A stretch of 64,000 nt of DNA, from NCBI GenBank assembly GCA_945865755.1, contig CAMBFS010000001.1:3210-67209 (forward strand), in the 5' to 3' direction. Source of the DNA: Klebsiella pneumoniae. Lineage in GTDB: Bacteria; Desulfobacterota; Binatia; Bin18. A program made the translations under genes and the position numbers. The notes under the pieces are model-generated. The model ran no database searches. It was not told the DNA's origin and saw nothing but the letters and a program-made list of their open reading frames with translations. Positions 23,290-33,504 of the stretch are shown one piece after another; position 1 is the stretch's first letter; each line of letters begins with the position of its first letter.

Positions 23290-26200
23290 TCAATCCTCTT
23301 CATCCGTAGGAATCGGGCCTGGACTCGGAACGTCTGTTTTTTCGACCAGATTATCAAACCGAGTATATTCCTTACGGAAGGCCAACCGCACGGTGCCCGT
23401 GGGACCGTTGCGCTGTTTGCCAATGATGATCTCGGCGATCCCCTCATCTTGTGAGTCTTGTTTGTAGACCTCATCACGATAGATAAACGCGATCACGTCG
23501 GCATCCTGTTCAATCGCTCCGCTGTTGTGACTGACGATGCCGTCCGCTAACCACGAAGCTGGGCCAGGAACAGTCAAGTCAAAGACATCCGCCTCACCCG
23601 CGGGCTCGATGGTAACAATGGGATCCCAAGAGAGAGTGTCCGGCAAGGTTCGAGCAATTGCCAGCCGGTCGCCGACAGCGAGTTCCGCGACTCGCTTCCA
23701 CCCTTCCGCGCCAAGCAGCCGATGTCGAGCCGTTGCTTGAACATGTCGTCCACTTGCCAGATGAACAGTGAAGATCGGGCGCTCCCCTACCCTCCACACC
23801 CGATCACTGCGCGCTGTTACAATACGCCCATCCGACGAGACAGCCAGGACTTCTGGGGTCGCTCCCACAAGATCACGAATGGGCACCCGCTGACCGTCCG
23901 CCATCGTCACTAGCGTACCCCCAGGAACACATTCCCGAATATCTGACATCATCGGGCGGCGGTCGGCGCGTTGCTCGACCTGACGATTGAGCTGAGACAG
24001 TGCCACCACGGGGATATTCAGCTCTTTCGCGAGCGACTTGAGACCGCGCGAAATTTCGGACAACTCCTGGGTCCGGTTATCTTGCGAGGTCAACCCTCGC
24101 ATCAGTTGCAGGTAGTCGATAATCACCAACCCCAAATTGGCTTCCCGTTTCAAGCGCCGCGCTTTCGCGCGCAGTTCGAGCACGTTTTGCGCCGGAGTGT
24201 CGTCAATAAAGATGGGGGCATCCCCTAGTCGCCCAGCCGCCATCGCCAGCCGTGGAAAATCGCGCTCGCCCAAATACCCGGCGCGGACCTTGGCGTTATC
24301 CACCCGGGCCTCGGAACAGAGCATGCGCATCACCAACTGTTCTTTCGACATTTCCAACGAAAAGACCCCCACGGCGATATTGGCATGGAGCGCCACATAC
24401 TGGGCGATATTCATCACGAAGGCGGTATTATGCACGAGGACATCGTTGGCGATGAAATTGTGCGTCTCTGGAATCGTCAAATCGTACACCTGGTGATCGC
24501 CAATGTACTCGATCATCGAGATCGTATCCCAGTACACATCGCTGGTTGCCAGCGACATCAGGAGTTGCGACTTCAGCACCTGCCCCAAGAGCTGAACGGT
24601 TTCTCGTCGCGGTTGGTGTCGCCCGTTGTGGATATTGTGAGTCACGGGGAGCCCAGCCTGGGCATATATCGCTCTCCACGTTTGTCCAGCACGCGCGGCA
24701 TTGACGAGCGTCCACACTTCAAGGGGCAGCGTATCTTTCGTCCACCCTTGCCGCCGCTTCTCCGCAATGGCCACGACCTCGCGAAGTTTTTCTTCTTTGC
24801 CGAAAATTCCGATGTCGTGAGCAAATGTCAGAATGTCCTGAGCCGCGAGAATCTCCACTTCATACGCGATGCGAAAGGTATTGTCGTAACGAACGTGCTT
24901 CTCTCGGAGTTTGCTCACGATGCCAAAGCGCAGCAGCAGGTGCTGCACTTGTTGGGCGAGTTTGCGCGAGACGGAGGAGTAACTGATAGCCGCTTGTCCG
25001 GTTCGGTAGAAACACGCGCTCCCGTCACAACTAAACAAGCGATTGAGAAGGAGCGCGAGCTTGTCCTTGGGGAGTGTAAACACAACGCCAGGAATGAATT
25101 TCCCAGCAGCTCCCTTTCCCATCAATCCCTGCTCCGCTAACCACTGGGTGAGGCGATTCCCACGCGCGAGCCCTGTGGTGCCTCGCACAAACCACGCAAC
25201 GGGTTTCTGAACGATCTGAGCAAGGTTTTCAAGAAGAGTAGGCACGGGCAATTGCTTTCCCTGCTCAATGGCACAGAGCAAGGCGGGAGACACACCCGCG
25301 CGTATCGCCACACCGCGTTGACTGAGACCCATCGCGTCGCGAGCAAGGCGCAGACGCTGGCCAACCACTTTTCTCACTTGGGTCTTGTCGTCTCTTTGGG
25401 CCGCCACTCGACAGGTCGGCGTCCGTGTCCCCTGACTATCATTCACCGTTCCCCGCAGATCACCAAACCGCACGAGGCTCGCTTGAAAATCCGCCATAAT
25501 CCGCGGGTTACCATTCGTGAAACGCGGACATGCTTGCGTGAGGTCGCCATCGCCTAGCAGATACGCAAGGATTGTAATCGTGTGATCGGGCAGGTCTCCG
25601 GTCCCAAAAACGGGAAGTGTACGCGGAACCGCGATACGCGTCCCGACGGGCAACTCGCTCAGGGGACGCCACCCCCCCACGGTCAGAAAGGGATGCGTGA
25701 AGGTCGTCTCCACTACACGACCAAGGGCTGTTGTCACCCGATAGACCGGCTTGATGCCATCATCCACATAATGACTTGGTGTGGTCGAGTGTAACTTCAA
25801 CCGCGAGTCGAGCGTGAAGAGCTTCGCCTGTCGAGAGCGACAGAGCTGCTCGATAGTCTTGACCTCACCGGTTTGGGCATCGACGATTTCCGCGTCCGCT
25901 TTCAGGCATTTGCCCATGCTCGGCCGGGCGGCTACGATCACCAGGTCCGCGGGCTGAAACCCCGCGGTCATCCGGTCAAGATCAAGAAACCCCGTCGGCA
26001 CCCCCGTCACCATCTCTTTGCGCTCGTAGAGCTTCTCGACGAGTTTGATGGTGTCCATGATCATGTCGCCCAGCTTGAAAAACGCGGGGCGAATGCGTTT
26101 TTCGGACACATCGAAAATCAACCGCTCCGCTTCGTCGAGGAATTGTTCGATGTCTTCCTCGCCGCTGTAGCACCGACTGGCGATCTCGTTGGACACGTTA

Positions 26201-26562
26201 ATCAGACTGCGCAAGACCGCCTTCTCACGAATGATCCGGGCGTAATGCGCCACGTTGGCCGCGCTGGGGACTTTATCGCTCAGTTCGGCGAGATAGATGG
26301 CACCACCAACATCCTGCAACTCTCCTCGTGCTTTCAAGGTGTCGGTTAAGGTGACCAGATCAATAGGTTCATTTTTCTCGCTTAACGAGATCATCGCGCG
26401 AAAAATTTTCCGGTGTGATTCCCGGTAAAAATCCGCATCCGTCATAGCCTCGATCACGCGGTCCAGCGCGTTGGGATCCAGCAAAATACTGCCCAGGACC
26501 GACTCTTCGGCATCCAGGCTCTGTGGAGGAACTTTGCGTAAAGCGTCTTCAAGAATGGTCAC
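23290..26562 (-). CDS. dnaB: Replicative DNA helicase DnaB with two inteins
   Basis: PPQSLDAE, AARPSMGK/TAF, FSLEM, IDYLQL, SQLNR, RE/SGAIEQDAD, KQRNGPTG; GTG start after GGGGAG. Confidence 0.97.
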   Translation of the reverse strand: MTILEDALRKVPPQSLDAEESVLGSILLDPNALDRVIEAMTDADFYRESHRKIFRAMISLSEKNEPIDLVTLTDTLKARGELQDVGGAIYLAELSDKVPSAANVAHYARIIREKAVLRSLINVSNEIASRCYSGEEDIEQFLDEAERLIFDVSEKRIRPAFFKLGDMIMDTIKLVEKLYERKEMVTGVPTGFLDLDRMTAGFQPADLVIVAARPSMGKCLKADAEIVDAQTGEVKTIEQLCRSRQAKLFTLDSRLKLHSTTPSHYVDDGIKPVYRVTTALGRVVETTFTHPFLTVGGWRPLSELPVGTRIAVPRTLPVFGTGDLPDHTITILAYLLGDGDLTQACPRFTNGNPRIMADFQASLVRFGDLRGTVNDSQGTRTPTCRVAAQRDDKTQVRKVVGQRLRLARDAMGLSQRGVAIRAGVSPALLCAIEQGKQLPVPTLLENLAQIVQKPVAWFVRGTTGLARGNRLTQWLAEQGLMGKGAAGKFIPGVVFTLPKDKLALLLNRLFSCDGSACFYRTGQAAISYSSVSRKLAQQVQHLLLRFGIVSKLREKHVRYDNTFRIAYEVEILAAQDILTFAHDIGIFGKEEKLREVVAIAEKRRQGWTKDTLPLEVWTLVNAARAGQTWRAIYAQAGLPVTHNIHNGRHQPRRETVQLLGQVLKSQLLMSLATSDVYWDTISMIEYIGDHQVYDLTIPETHNFIANDVLVHNTAFVMNIAQYVALHANIAVGVFSLEMSKEQLVMRMLCSEARVDNAKVRAGYLGERDFPRLAMAAGRLGDAPIFIDDTPAQNVLELRAKARRLKREANLGLVIIDYLQLMRGLTSQDNRTQELSEISRGLKSLAKELNIPVVALSQLNRQVEQRADRRPMMSDIRECVPGGTLVTMADGQRVPIRDLVGATPEVLAVSSDGRIVTARSDRVWRVGERPIFTVHLASGRHVQATARHRLLGAEGWKRVAELAVGDRLAIARTLPDTLSWDPIVTIEPAGEADVFDLTVPGPASWLADGIVSHNSGAIEQDADVIAFIYRDEVYKQDSQDEGIAEIIIGKQRNGPTGTVRLAFRKEYTRFDNLVEKTDVPSPGPIPTDEED
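23524..23931 (-). mobile_element. Intein 2 in DnaB, mini-intein (136 aa), inserted at RE/SG
   Basis: Starts CVPGG, TARH block B, ends SHN before S; no endonuclease motifs. Confidence 0.93.
24427..25908 (-). mobile_element. Intein 1 in DnaB (494 aa) with LAGLIDADG homing endonuclease, in the P-loop GK/T
   Basis: Starts CLKAD, ends VHN before T; blocks LAYLLGDG and LFSCDGS. Confidence 0.93.
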
Positions 26563-26634
26563 GATTGTCTCCCCCAATCACATCACTCGCGGCTCGGAAC
26601 TTGCGCATTCGCTCTTTTTCTTCTCCGCGTGAGG

Positions 26635-27459
26635 TTAGTCAATCGTCGCCCGCACGTAGGCGAACCGTTGCGAGAGTTGCTCAAGCCCCTCGGCGATCCG
26701 CGGTCCGTACCAACACAACGCCATGCCATCAATACAATAAAAATGTCCAGCGCGACCCGCCAGCGTATCGACCAACGGCTTCAGGTGCTCGACGTGTTTC
26801 GTGGTGAAGGGATACGGCTCGCTCGGCAACACCACCACATCGGGAGCAAGGGCCGCGACTTCTTCGAGCGTCGTGGAGAAGTAACGGGCTGGGTGCCCGC
26901 GAAAAATGTTCTCCCCACCGCAGCACCACAGCATGTTGTCGGCATACGTGTCGGCGTTGAACGCCATCCACGGTTTCCGCCAGATCGGACAGAACACGCG
27001 CAACCGTCGGTGTTGAGCACTCTCAGCCGTCACCCGCGCATACACCGCACGCAGATGGACCACCAGCGGATCACTCGTGATGTGGCAGTCCAGGACATCG
27101 CCCAATTTTTCGATCATGCTGATCCCGTCCGCGACCGTCCGGGGCGCGGTCACGTAGAGCGAAATTCCATGATGAGACAGCCAGGTAAAATCTTCTTGCC
27201 GATTCTCCTCGTCGTTGACGATGACGAGGTCTGGCGAAAGTGAGAGGATCGTCTCGAGTTGTGGGTTCTTGGTGCCGCCGACTTTCACTCTTTTCGCGAC
27301 TTCTTCAGGAGGATGCGTACAGTATTCAGTCACTCCCACGACTCGCTCGCCGAGGCCCAACGCGAACAGGGTCTCGGTCACGCTGGGAACTAAGGACACA
27401 ATGCGCCGCGGCGGGCGCGGCACATCAATGGTCCGGTGAACTTCATCAACAAACTGCAT
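26635..27459 (-). CDS. Helical-backbone metal receptor / cobalamin-binding protein-like
   Basis: RIVSLVPSVTETL, VGGTKNP, EEN, LPSEPYPF, WYGPR. Confidence 0.85.
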   Translation of the reverse strand: MQFVDEVHRTIDVPRPPRRIVSLVPSVTETLFALGLGERVVGVTEYCTHPPEEVAKRVKVGGTKNPQLETILSLSPDLVIVNDEENRQEDFTWLSHHGISLYVTAPRTVADGISMIEKLGDVLDCHITSDPLVVHLRAVYARVTAESAQHRRLRVFCPIWRKPWMAFNADTYADNMLWCCGGENIFRGHPARYFSTTLEEVAALAPDVVVLPSEPYPFTTKHVEHLKPLVDTLAGRAGHFYCIDGMALCWYGPRIAEGLEQLSQRFAYVRATID

Positions 27460-27546
27460 ACCTTCCTCGATTCGATAGGGAGCTTCGTGTGGAAGTCCGG
27501 GAGTCCAAGAGTCTGAGAGTTTCGGAGTCTGGCTTGGCGAATCTCG

Positions 27547-28014
27547 CTACTGGGTACTCCGTGACCGCAGGATGCTTTCGAGTTGTTTCTTTTCGTCAGA
27601 GGTAATTTCGCCCGCATGCGGGGCAGCGACAGGTCTGGTTTCGCTCTGGGGTTTCTTGTCATCGGCGGAGGGGTCACTCGTACGCGGGACAATCGCAGTC
27701 CGGGTCTCGACCTCGGGTTTCTTTTCCTCGGCAGAGGGTTCGCTCGCACGCGGGGCGGTGGCGGCCCGGACTTCGCTCTTCGGTTTGGTCGCGGGTGCTG
27801 CCGCCGGAGTCTTTTTCTCGGACACCACGGGCGCCACGGCGCGCTCGCGGTCGGGACTCTTGAATCGTTGCAATTCCGTTTTCATAAAAAAGATCGAGCC
27901 CAGCGCGACCAATGCCGCGCTATAGCTGACGAACAACAAAATTTTCGGAATGCGCCAACTCCGCTGCTTCTTGCGTCGAGTCGGTGCTCGTCGCGTCGGC
28001 TTTCTTGCTGCCAT
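27547..28014 (-). CDS. Hypothetical single-pass membrane protein with Pro/Ala-rich internal repeat
   Basis: Basic N-terminus, TM, ~22-aa duplicated segment PR.S.PSA..KKP..ETR. Confidence 0.65.
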   Translation of the reverse strand: MAARKPTRRAPTRRKKQRSWRIPKILLFVSYSAALVALGSIFFMKTELQRFKSPDRERAVAPVVSEKKTPAAAPATKPKSEVRAATAPRASEPSAEEKKPEVETRTAIVPRTSDPSADDKKPQSETRPVAAPHAGEITSDEKKQLESILRSRSTQ

Positions 28015-28019
28015 ACCAC

Positions 28020-29294
28020 TCACCTCCCCAAAGCGGGCGGCCAGACCAATGCCACCATCGCTTCCCATCCACTTCGACGCGGCCAGTCATCCACGCCGTT
28101 GTACCACTTGAGTCCCAGCGATTGGAGGCGACGATTGCGCGCCGCCAGGAAAAACCAGAAGCGCGCGGTCGGACCGTAGAAAAACCGCGTCGCGTAATAC
28201 AACCGCGTCAATTTCTTCCCCAGCCACGAGCACGCGACCGTCCGTGTGTACTCAGCAAAATCAAATCGTTTCGTCTGGAACGCCTGTCCCACCGCATGCG
28301 CCGCGAATTTGCCATATTCCAGCGCGAACGAAATGCCCTCCCCCATCAACGGCTCGGCTCCAGCAGCGTCGCCCACTAACAGCACGTGTGGCGCGGCGAT
28401 GGGGCGATTCGGAATATAGCCCGCGATAGGAAAAGCTTGGAACTTGAGGCTTGAGGCTTGAGACTTGAGGCTTGAGACTTGAGATTCAAGACCTTGGACC
28501 TTGGACCTTGGACCTTGGACTAACAAGTTTCGAGTTTCGAGTTTCGGACCAAAAGAGGCGATCTCTTGGGCCAGCATCTTTTGCAGGTCCGCATTACCGA
28601 GTCGCGTGTCTCCCAATGAATAAATCCCGACGTTGACATGCGGAATGCCCTGAATCAGACACGGGAACTCCCAGAGATAGCCTTTGAGTCCTTGGCTAAC
28701 GGGGAGAAAGTTGAAATCGTAGCGCTGTTGTCCAAACCCTGGCCAGGTGGTTGCCGCCACCGGCACATCACACATGATCGCCTTGCCAACCGCCTCGACC
28801 TCACCACCGACCAATTGTCGCCGCACCCGACTGCCCGATCCGTCCGCGCCAACAACGACCCGCGCCTGATAGGTCTCTTTGTCGGTCACCACCACGACGC
28901 CACCAGAATCGCGACGCAGTTCGAGCACTTTCTCGCCTTCGTGGATTTCCGCGCCACGTGCGCATGCGGCCCGCACGAGCAGATGATCAAATTCATTACG
29001 GCGAATGATCGAACACATCCCGGCATCCGCGCAGGAAACCTCATACCCAGGCGGCACCCGGACGTAGGCCCGCTCGACCTGGACGTATGGGATCGACAAC
29101 GGAATCTCCAGTTCGTCGAGGCAGTCAAGGGTATGAGGAATTAAGCCCCCGGCGCAGATTTTCTCGCGTGGGTGCACGGCTTTATCGAGCAACAACACTT
29201 CTCCACGCAACGCCGGATCATTTTTCAGCAAATGCAGCGCGGTCGAACTTCCAGCCGGGCCGGAACCAATGATGACAATGTCACGAGCAATCAC
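28020..29294 (-). CDS. Geranylgeranyl reductase-like FAD oxidoreductase
   Basis: IIGSGPAG, PREKICAGG, GADGSGS, VGDAAG.EPLMGEGISFA. Confidence 0.88.
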   Translation of the reverse strand: MIARDIVIIGSGPAGSSTALHLLKNDPALRGEVLLLDKAVHPREKICAGGLIPHTLDCLDELEIPLSIPYVQVERAYVRVPPGYEVSCADAGMCSIIRRNEFDHLLVRAACARGAEIHEGEKVLELRRDSGGVVVVTDKETYQARVVVGADGSGSRVRRQLVGGEVEAVGKAIMCDVPVAATTWPGFGQQRYDFNFLPVSQGLKGYLWEFPCLIQGIPHVNVGIYSLGDTRLGNADLQKMLAQEIASFGPKLETRNLLVQGPRSKVQGLESQVSSLKSQASSLKFQAFPIAGYIPNRPIAAPHVLLVGDAAGAEPLMGEGISFALEYGKFAAHAVGQAFQTKRFDFAEYTRTVACSWLGKKLTRLYYATRFFYGPTARFWFFLAARNRRLQSLGLKWYNGVDDWPRRSGWEAMVALVWPPALGR

Positions 29295-29447
29295 GCGGGC
29301 AAAGCTACCATAGGTCCGCCATCGGCAAAAGGACTGGCGCGCGCCTGAGTAGGCAACTCACTCGCCGCGGCGGGACGGTGCACGGTTTCACCACCCCCAA
29401 TGCCGCCAGCGTGGGGACCCTTTCAAGGGAACTGCCCTACCCCGCCG

Positions 29448-29614
29448 TGCGCAAAAATACGGCACTCAATGCCCAAGATTTAAGCGAGCTTGGCAATCCC
29501 AGCTTGCCCTTGTGACCGCAATTATGGCGAAATCGCGGCCTTTTCGCTTTTCTACGGGAGGAAAAGGGCTCGCGACACTTCCGAGTAGGACATCGTGTTG
29601 GTACAATCCATGCT
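29448..29614 (+). promoter_or_regulatory. Putative sigma-54 promoter with upstream NtrC-like sites
   Basis: ttGGtacaatccatGCt at 29598-29614 (GG-N10-GC); tgcgc-N7-cggca at 29448-29464 and a weaker site at ~29470. Confidence 0.6.
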
Positions 29615-29656
29615 CTTTCATTCGTAGACTGTTCAACCGCGACCCAAGGATTCATC

Positions 29657-31093
29657 ATGGCTCATTTTAACGGGTACGACACGGGCGACTTTTACGACGA
29701 GATGTTTTTCGCCAGCGCGCAGCCACGCCCCGGTGCGTCTCTCCTTCAGCAGCGCATCGACTCGCTCTCGAAGGGCGAACTGCTCCAGCGTCAGCAAGCC
29801 GCGGAACGCGCGTTGTTGCATCGTGGCATTACCTTCAACGTCTACGGTGACAACGCGGGCACGGAACGCATTTTTCCCTTCGACATTCTTCCCCGCATTA
29901 TCGAAGCCTCCGAATGGGAGTGGATAGAGCGCGGGCTCAAGCAACGGGTGTATGCCCTGAATCTCTTCATCGACGACATGTATCACGAGCAGAAACTGCT
30001 CAAGGATAAGATCATTCCTGAAGAGATCGTCTATTCGGCCCGCTCGTTTCGGCAGGCGTGTGTCGGACTCAATCCCCCGCGTGGGGTGTGGTGCCACATC
30101 ACCGGCACGGACCTGGTGCGCGACCGCGACGGCCAAATCTATGTGCTGGAAGACAATCTGCGGTGCCCGTCTGGGGTATCGTATGTGTTGGAAAGCCGCC
30201 AGATTCTCAAGCGCACCTTTCCGCAAGTCTTTGGCGAGTCCCGGGTCCGCCCTGTGGACGACTATCCCGGCCACCTGCTGGATATGCTGCAAGCGCTCGC
30301 GGCGGACTATATTCAGTCGCCCACTGTGGCGGTGCTGACACCAGGGGCCTATAACTCGGCCTATTTCGAGCATTCGTTTCTCGCCCAACAGATGGGCGTG
30401 GAACTGGTTGAAGGGCGAGATCTGGTCGTCGCCGACGGCCTGGTGCAAATGCGCACCACGCATGGGCTCAAGCCTGTTGATGTCCTCTACCGGCGCATTG
30501 ATGATGATTTTCTCGATCCCTTGACCTTCCGGCCCGATTCCTTCTTGGGCGTCCCTGGTTTGATGGAGGTCTACAAAGCCGGACGGATCGCGTTGGCCAA
30601 TGCGCCGGGGACAGGCATCGCCGATGACAAAGTCATGTATGCCTACGTGCCGAAAATCATCAAATACTATCTCGGCGAAGACAGCATCATTCCCAATGTA
30701 CCGACATACGTCTGTTGGGATGAGAAGGAACGAGGCTATGTGCTTGATCACCTCGACCAGCTCGTCGTCAAAGCCGCCAATGAATCCGGGGGCTACGGCA
30801 TGTTAGTTGGCCCGCATGCCACCCCGGGCGAACGCGCGCAATTCGCGGACCTGATTCGCGCCAATCCCCGCAACTACATCGCCCAACCGACCTTATCCTT
30901 ATCGCGCGTGCCGGTGATCGTGGATGACCATTTCGAGGGGCGCCATGTCGATCTGCGACCATACATCCTGTATGGCTCGGACATTTACGTGCTCCCTGGC
31001 GGGCTCACCCGCGTGGCCCTCAAGAAAGGTTCTCTCGTTGTGAACTCCTCGCAAGGGGGCGGCAGCAAGGATACCTGGGTCTTATACAAATGA
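29657..31093 (+). CDS. Circularly permuted type 2 ATP-grasp protein
   Basis: [58 protein letters not shown]. Confidence 0.93.
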   Translation: MAHFNGYDTGDFYDEMFFASAQPRPGASLLQQRIDSLSKGELLQRQQAAERALLHRGITFNVYGDNAGTERIFPFDILPRIIEASEWEWIERGLKQRVYALNLFIDDMYHEQKLLKDKIIPEEIVYSARSFRQACVGLNPPRGVWCHITGTDLVRDRDGQIYVLEDNLRCPSGVSYVLESRQILKRTFPQVFGESRVRPVDDYPGHLLDMLQALAADYIQSPTVAVLTPGAYNSAYFEHSFLAQQMGVELVEGRDLVVADGLVQMRTTHGLKPVDVLYRRIDDDFLDPLTFRPDSFLGVPGLMEVYKAGRIALANAPGTGIADDKVMYAYVPKIIKYYLGEDSIIPNVPTYVCWDEKERGYVLDHLDQLVVKAANESGGYGMLVGPHATPGERAQFADLIRANPRNYIAQPTLSLSRVPVIVDDHFEGRHVDLRPYILYGSDIYVLPGGLTRVALKKGSLVVNSSQGGGSKDTWVLYK

Positions 31094-31103
31094 GAGAAAC
31101 ATC

Positions 31104-32117
31104 ATGCTTTCACGTGTCGCGGATAGTTTGTACTGGTTGAGTCGCTATATCGAGCGGGCCGAGAACGTGGCGCGGTTCATCGACGTCAATCTGCACCTCA
31201 TATTGGATTTGCCCGCCGGGGGGAGTGAACAGTGGAAACCGCTGGTGATTACCACCGGTGACGATGACCTGTTCGCCAAGCACCATACCGACGCGACACG
31301 AGAGAACGTCGTGCAATTCCTGACCTTCGCGAAGGAGAACCCGAACTCGATTGTGTCCTGCCTGCGGGCCGCGCGGGAAAATGCCCGCTCCGTGCGCGAG
31401 ATCATCTCCTCGGAAATGTGGGAGCAGGTCAACATCTTTTATTTGATGGTCCACGATTCAGCCGCGACAATCCGGGTGCGTGAATCGCCCTACGAGTTCT
31501 TTCGCGAGATTCGCATGGCGAGTCATTTGTTTGAAGGGCTGACCAACGCGACCATGTCGCACGATGAAGGGTGGCATTTTTGTCGGATGGGCCAACTCCT
31601 GGAACGGGCGGACAAAACCTCGCGCATGGTGGACGTCAAGTATTTCCTGTTACTCCCCTCGGTTGCCGATGTTGGCACGCCGTTCGATGACATTCAGTGG
31701 GCGGCGGTGCTCCGCTCGACCAGCGCGCTGGAGATGTATCGGCGGCGCTATCAAGACCTGAGTCCCGACCGCATTGTGGAATTTTTATTGCTCGATCGTG
31801 AGTTCCCGCGCTCGTTGCACTATAGCTTGATCAAGGCCGACGAATCGCTCCATGCGGTCTCCGGCACCCCGGTTGGGAGTTTTCGCAATCCCGCCGAGCA
31901 GCACTTAGGCCAACTCCGATCTGAGCTTGCGTATGCGCAAGTCGCGGACATCATTAGCTCCGGGCTGCATGAATTCCTGGATGCCTTTCAAACCAAGCTC
32001 AACCTGGTTGGCGAGAATATCTTCGCCACATTCCTGGCCTTGCAACCGATCGGCGGAGTCGTGACGGGAACGGCGAGTCAACGGCAGACGGAAGGGAAAG
32101 AACACGGGCGGGTGTGA
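31104..32117 (+). CDS. Alpha-E domain protein (DUF403)
   Basis: MLSRVADSLYWLSRYIERAEN, ARENAR..RE.IS, LERADKT, FPRS. Confidence 0.93.
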   Translation: MLSRVADSLYWLSRYIERAENVARFIDVNLHLILDLPAGGSEQWKPLVITTGDDDLFAKHHTDATRENVVQFLTFAKENPNSIVSCLRAARENARSVREIISSEMWEQVNIFYLMVHDSAATIRVRESPYEFFREIRMASHLFEGLTNATMSHDEGWHFCRMGQLLERADKTSRMVDVKYFLLLPSVADVGTPFDDIQWAAVLRSTSALEMYRRRYQDLSPDRIVEFLLLDREFPRSLHYSLIKADESLHAVSGTPVGSFRNPAEQHLGQLRSELAYAQVADIISSGLHEFLDAFQTKLNLVGENIFATFLALQPIGGVVTGTASQRQTEGKEHGRV

Positions 32118-32179
32118 CCGCGTGGCGACCGCCCCTTCTCCCTCAACCCTCTTGTTTTCCACACACGGAGGAACCGCCC

Positions 32180-32917
32180 ATGATCGAATCCCTCCTGCTC
32201 GCGGTCACACGTATCGCCACGATGTTCGGCCCTCAACATTTGAGCAACGCGACGGGCTTCTTTTTTCAACGTGAGGAGCGCTTGTTCATAATCACCAGCC
32301 GACACGTGGTGCTGGATGAGGAGAGCAATCATCGTCCGGACGGGTTGACGATCGATCTCCATACCGACCCAGAGAATGTCGCGAGCACCACGCAATTTTT
32401 CCTCCCGTTGTATAGCAACCAGCACCCACGCTGGCGGGAAGGAAGCGATTCAGCGGGACCAGTTGATATTGTCGCCTTGGAAATTCAGCGTCCGGCTTTA
32501 CCGGACACGCTCCTCCTGCACTCGTTCACCCCGGAACATCTCGTGGAACAACTCAATGAAATTGAAGTCGGCGCGCGGGTGCTGATTGTCGGCTTTCCCT
32601 TGGGGTTCCATGACGAGTTACATCAGCTCCCCGTCGCGCGGCAAGCTATTATTGCTTCGGCGTTTGGCATCCGGTTTCAAGGACGTGGCTATTTTTTGAC
32701 GGATGCGCGCCTGCATCGCGGAATGAGTGGGGCTCCAGTCGTTACCCGTATGGCCACCGCCCGCTCTGGTCGCGGGGACATGCCGTGGCTGCTGCTGGGC
32801 GTGCACGGCGCGCGCATGGATGTCACCGGCCGTGATGTCTCCCAGGACGAACGTCTGGACCTCAACTGCGCCTGGTATGCCGATATGCTGTTGACGCTGA
32901 CAGAGGACGGAGGGTGA
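32180..32917 (+). CDS. Trypsin-like serine protease
   Basis: TSRHVV (His), VDIV (Asp), GMSGAPV (Ser), IVGFPLG; start approximate (GGAGG before ATG). Confidence 0.85.
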   Translation: MIESLLLAVTRIATMFGPQHLSNATGFFFQREERLFIITSRHVVLDEESNHRPDGLTIDLHTDPENVASTTQFFLPLYSNQHPRWREGSDSAGPVDIVALEIQRPALPDTLLLHSFTPEHLVEQLNEIEVGARVLIVGFPLGFHDELHQLPVARQAIIASAFGIRFQGRGYFLTDARLHRGMSGAPVVTRMATARSGRGDMPWLLLGVHGARMDVTGRDVSQDERLDLNCAWYADMLLTLTEDGG

Positions 32918-33259
32918 TCCCGTATCGCGCATTGCTGAGTATGGCTGGGATGCCCGATTCACACATTGACCGGATGCCCGATTGCAAGACGTGCCCCCGA
33001 ATTCCCGCGGAGAACTTGGCGGCTCAACCGCTTGTTGGATGGCGGCGGCCCCGAACCGCGCTACGCCGCTTCGACATACTTGACATAGCTTGTAGGCTCG
33101 GAGATCGGCAAGCCGTCTTCCACATTCTCAATCGCGGCGGGCGCGTCGGGGCCTTGGGGCTGACGGAGCGAATCGTCGCCAAGGTTCACGGAAACCAGCG
33201 GAACGCCCGTCTACTAATAGATAGGAGGGAAAGCATCTACATATAGATGGAAGTCTCTA

Positions 33260-33504
33260 GGGTGCATCTCCCAAACTGACAAGATAAAAGCCAAGGAACC
33301 ATTCACGTCTCGCTGAAAAATCTCTTGTCAAATCAATGAAATCCAGAAATTTCCATGTTTTCTTCTTTTTAGCCTCCTGGCCTCATGGATACTGCCTGTG
33401 ACCTGAATTAGGCGAAGAGTTCCAGAAAGCCGCAGGAGAGTTGTTTGGGCCTCAGATTTCCGCGTAATTTTGCAGTTCAATGTCTCAGTTCCAGAGATGC
33501 ACCC
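33260..33504. mobile_element. 245-bp non-autonomous element (MITE)
   Basis: TIR gggtgcatctc...gagatgcaccc; 9-bp TSD aagtctcta at 33251-33259 and 33505-33513. Confidence 0.85.

Noticed and set aside
32914-33246. 110-aa plus-strand ORF
   Set aside because: No motifs; the region is better explained by opposite-strand remnants
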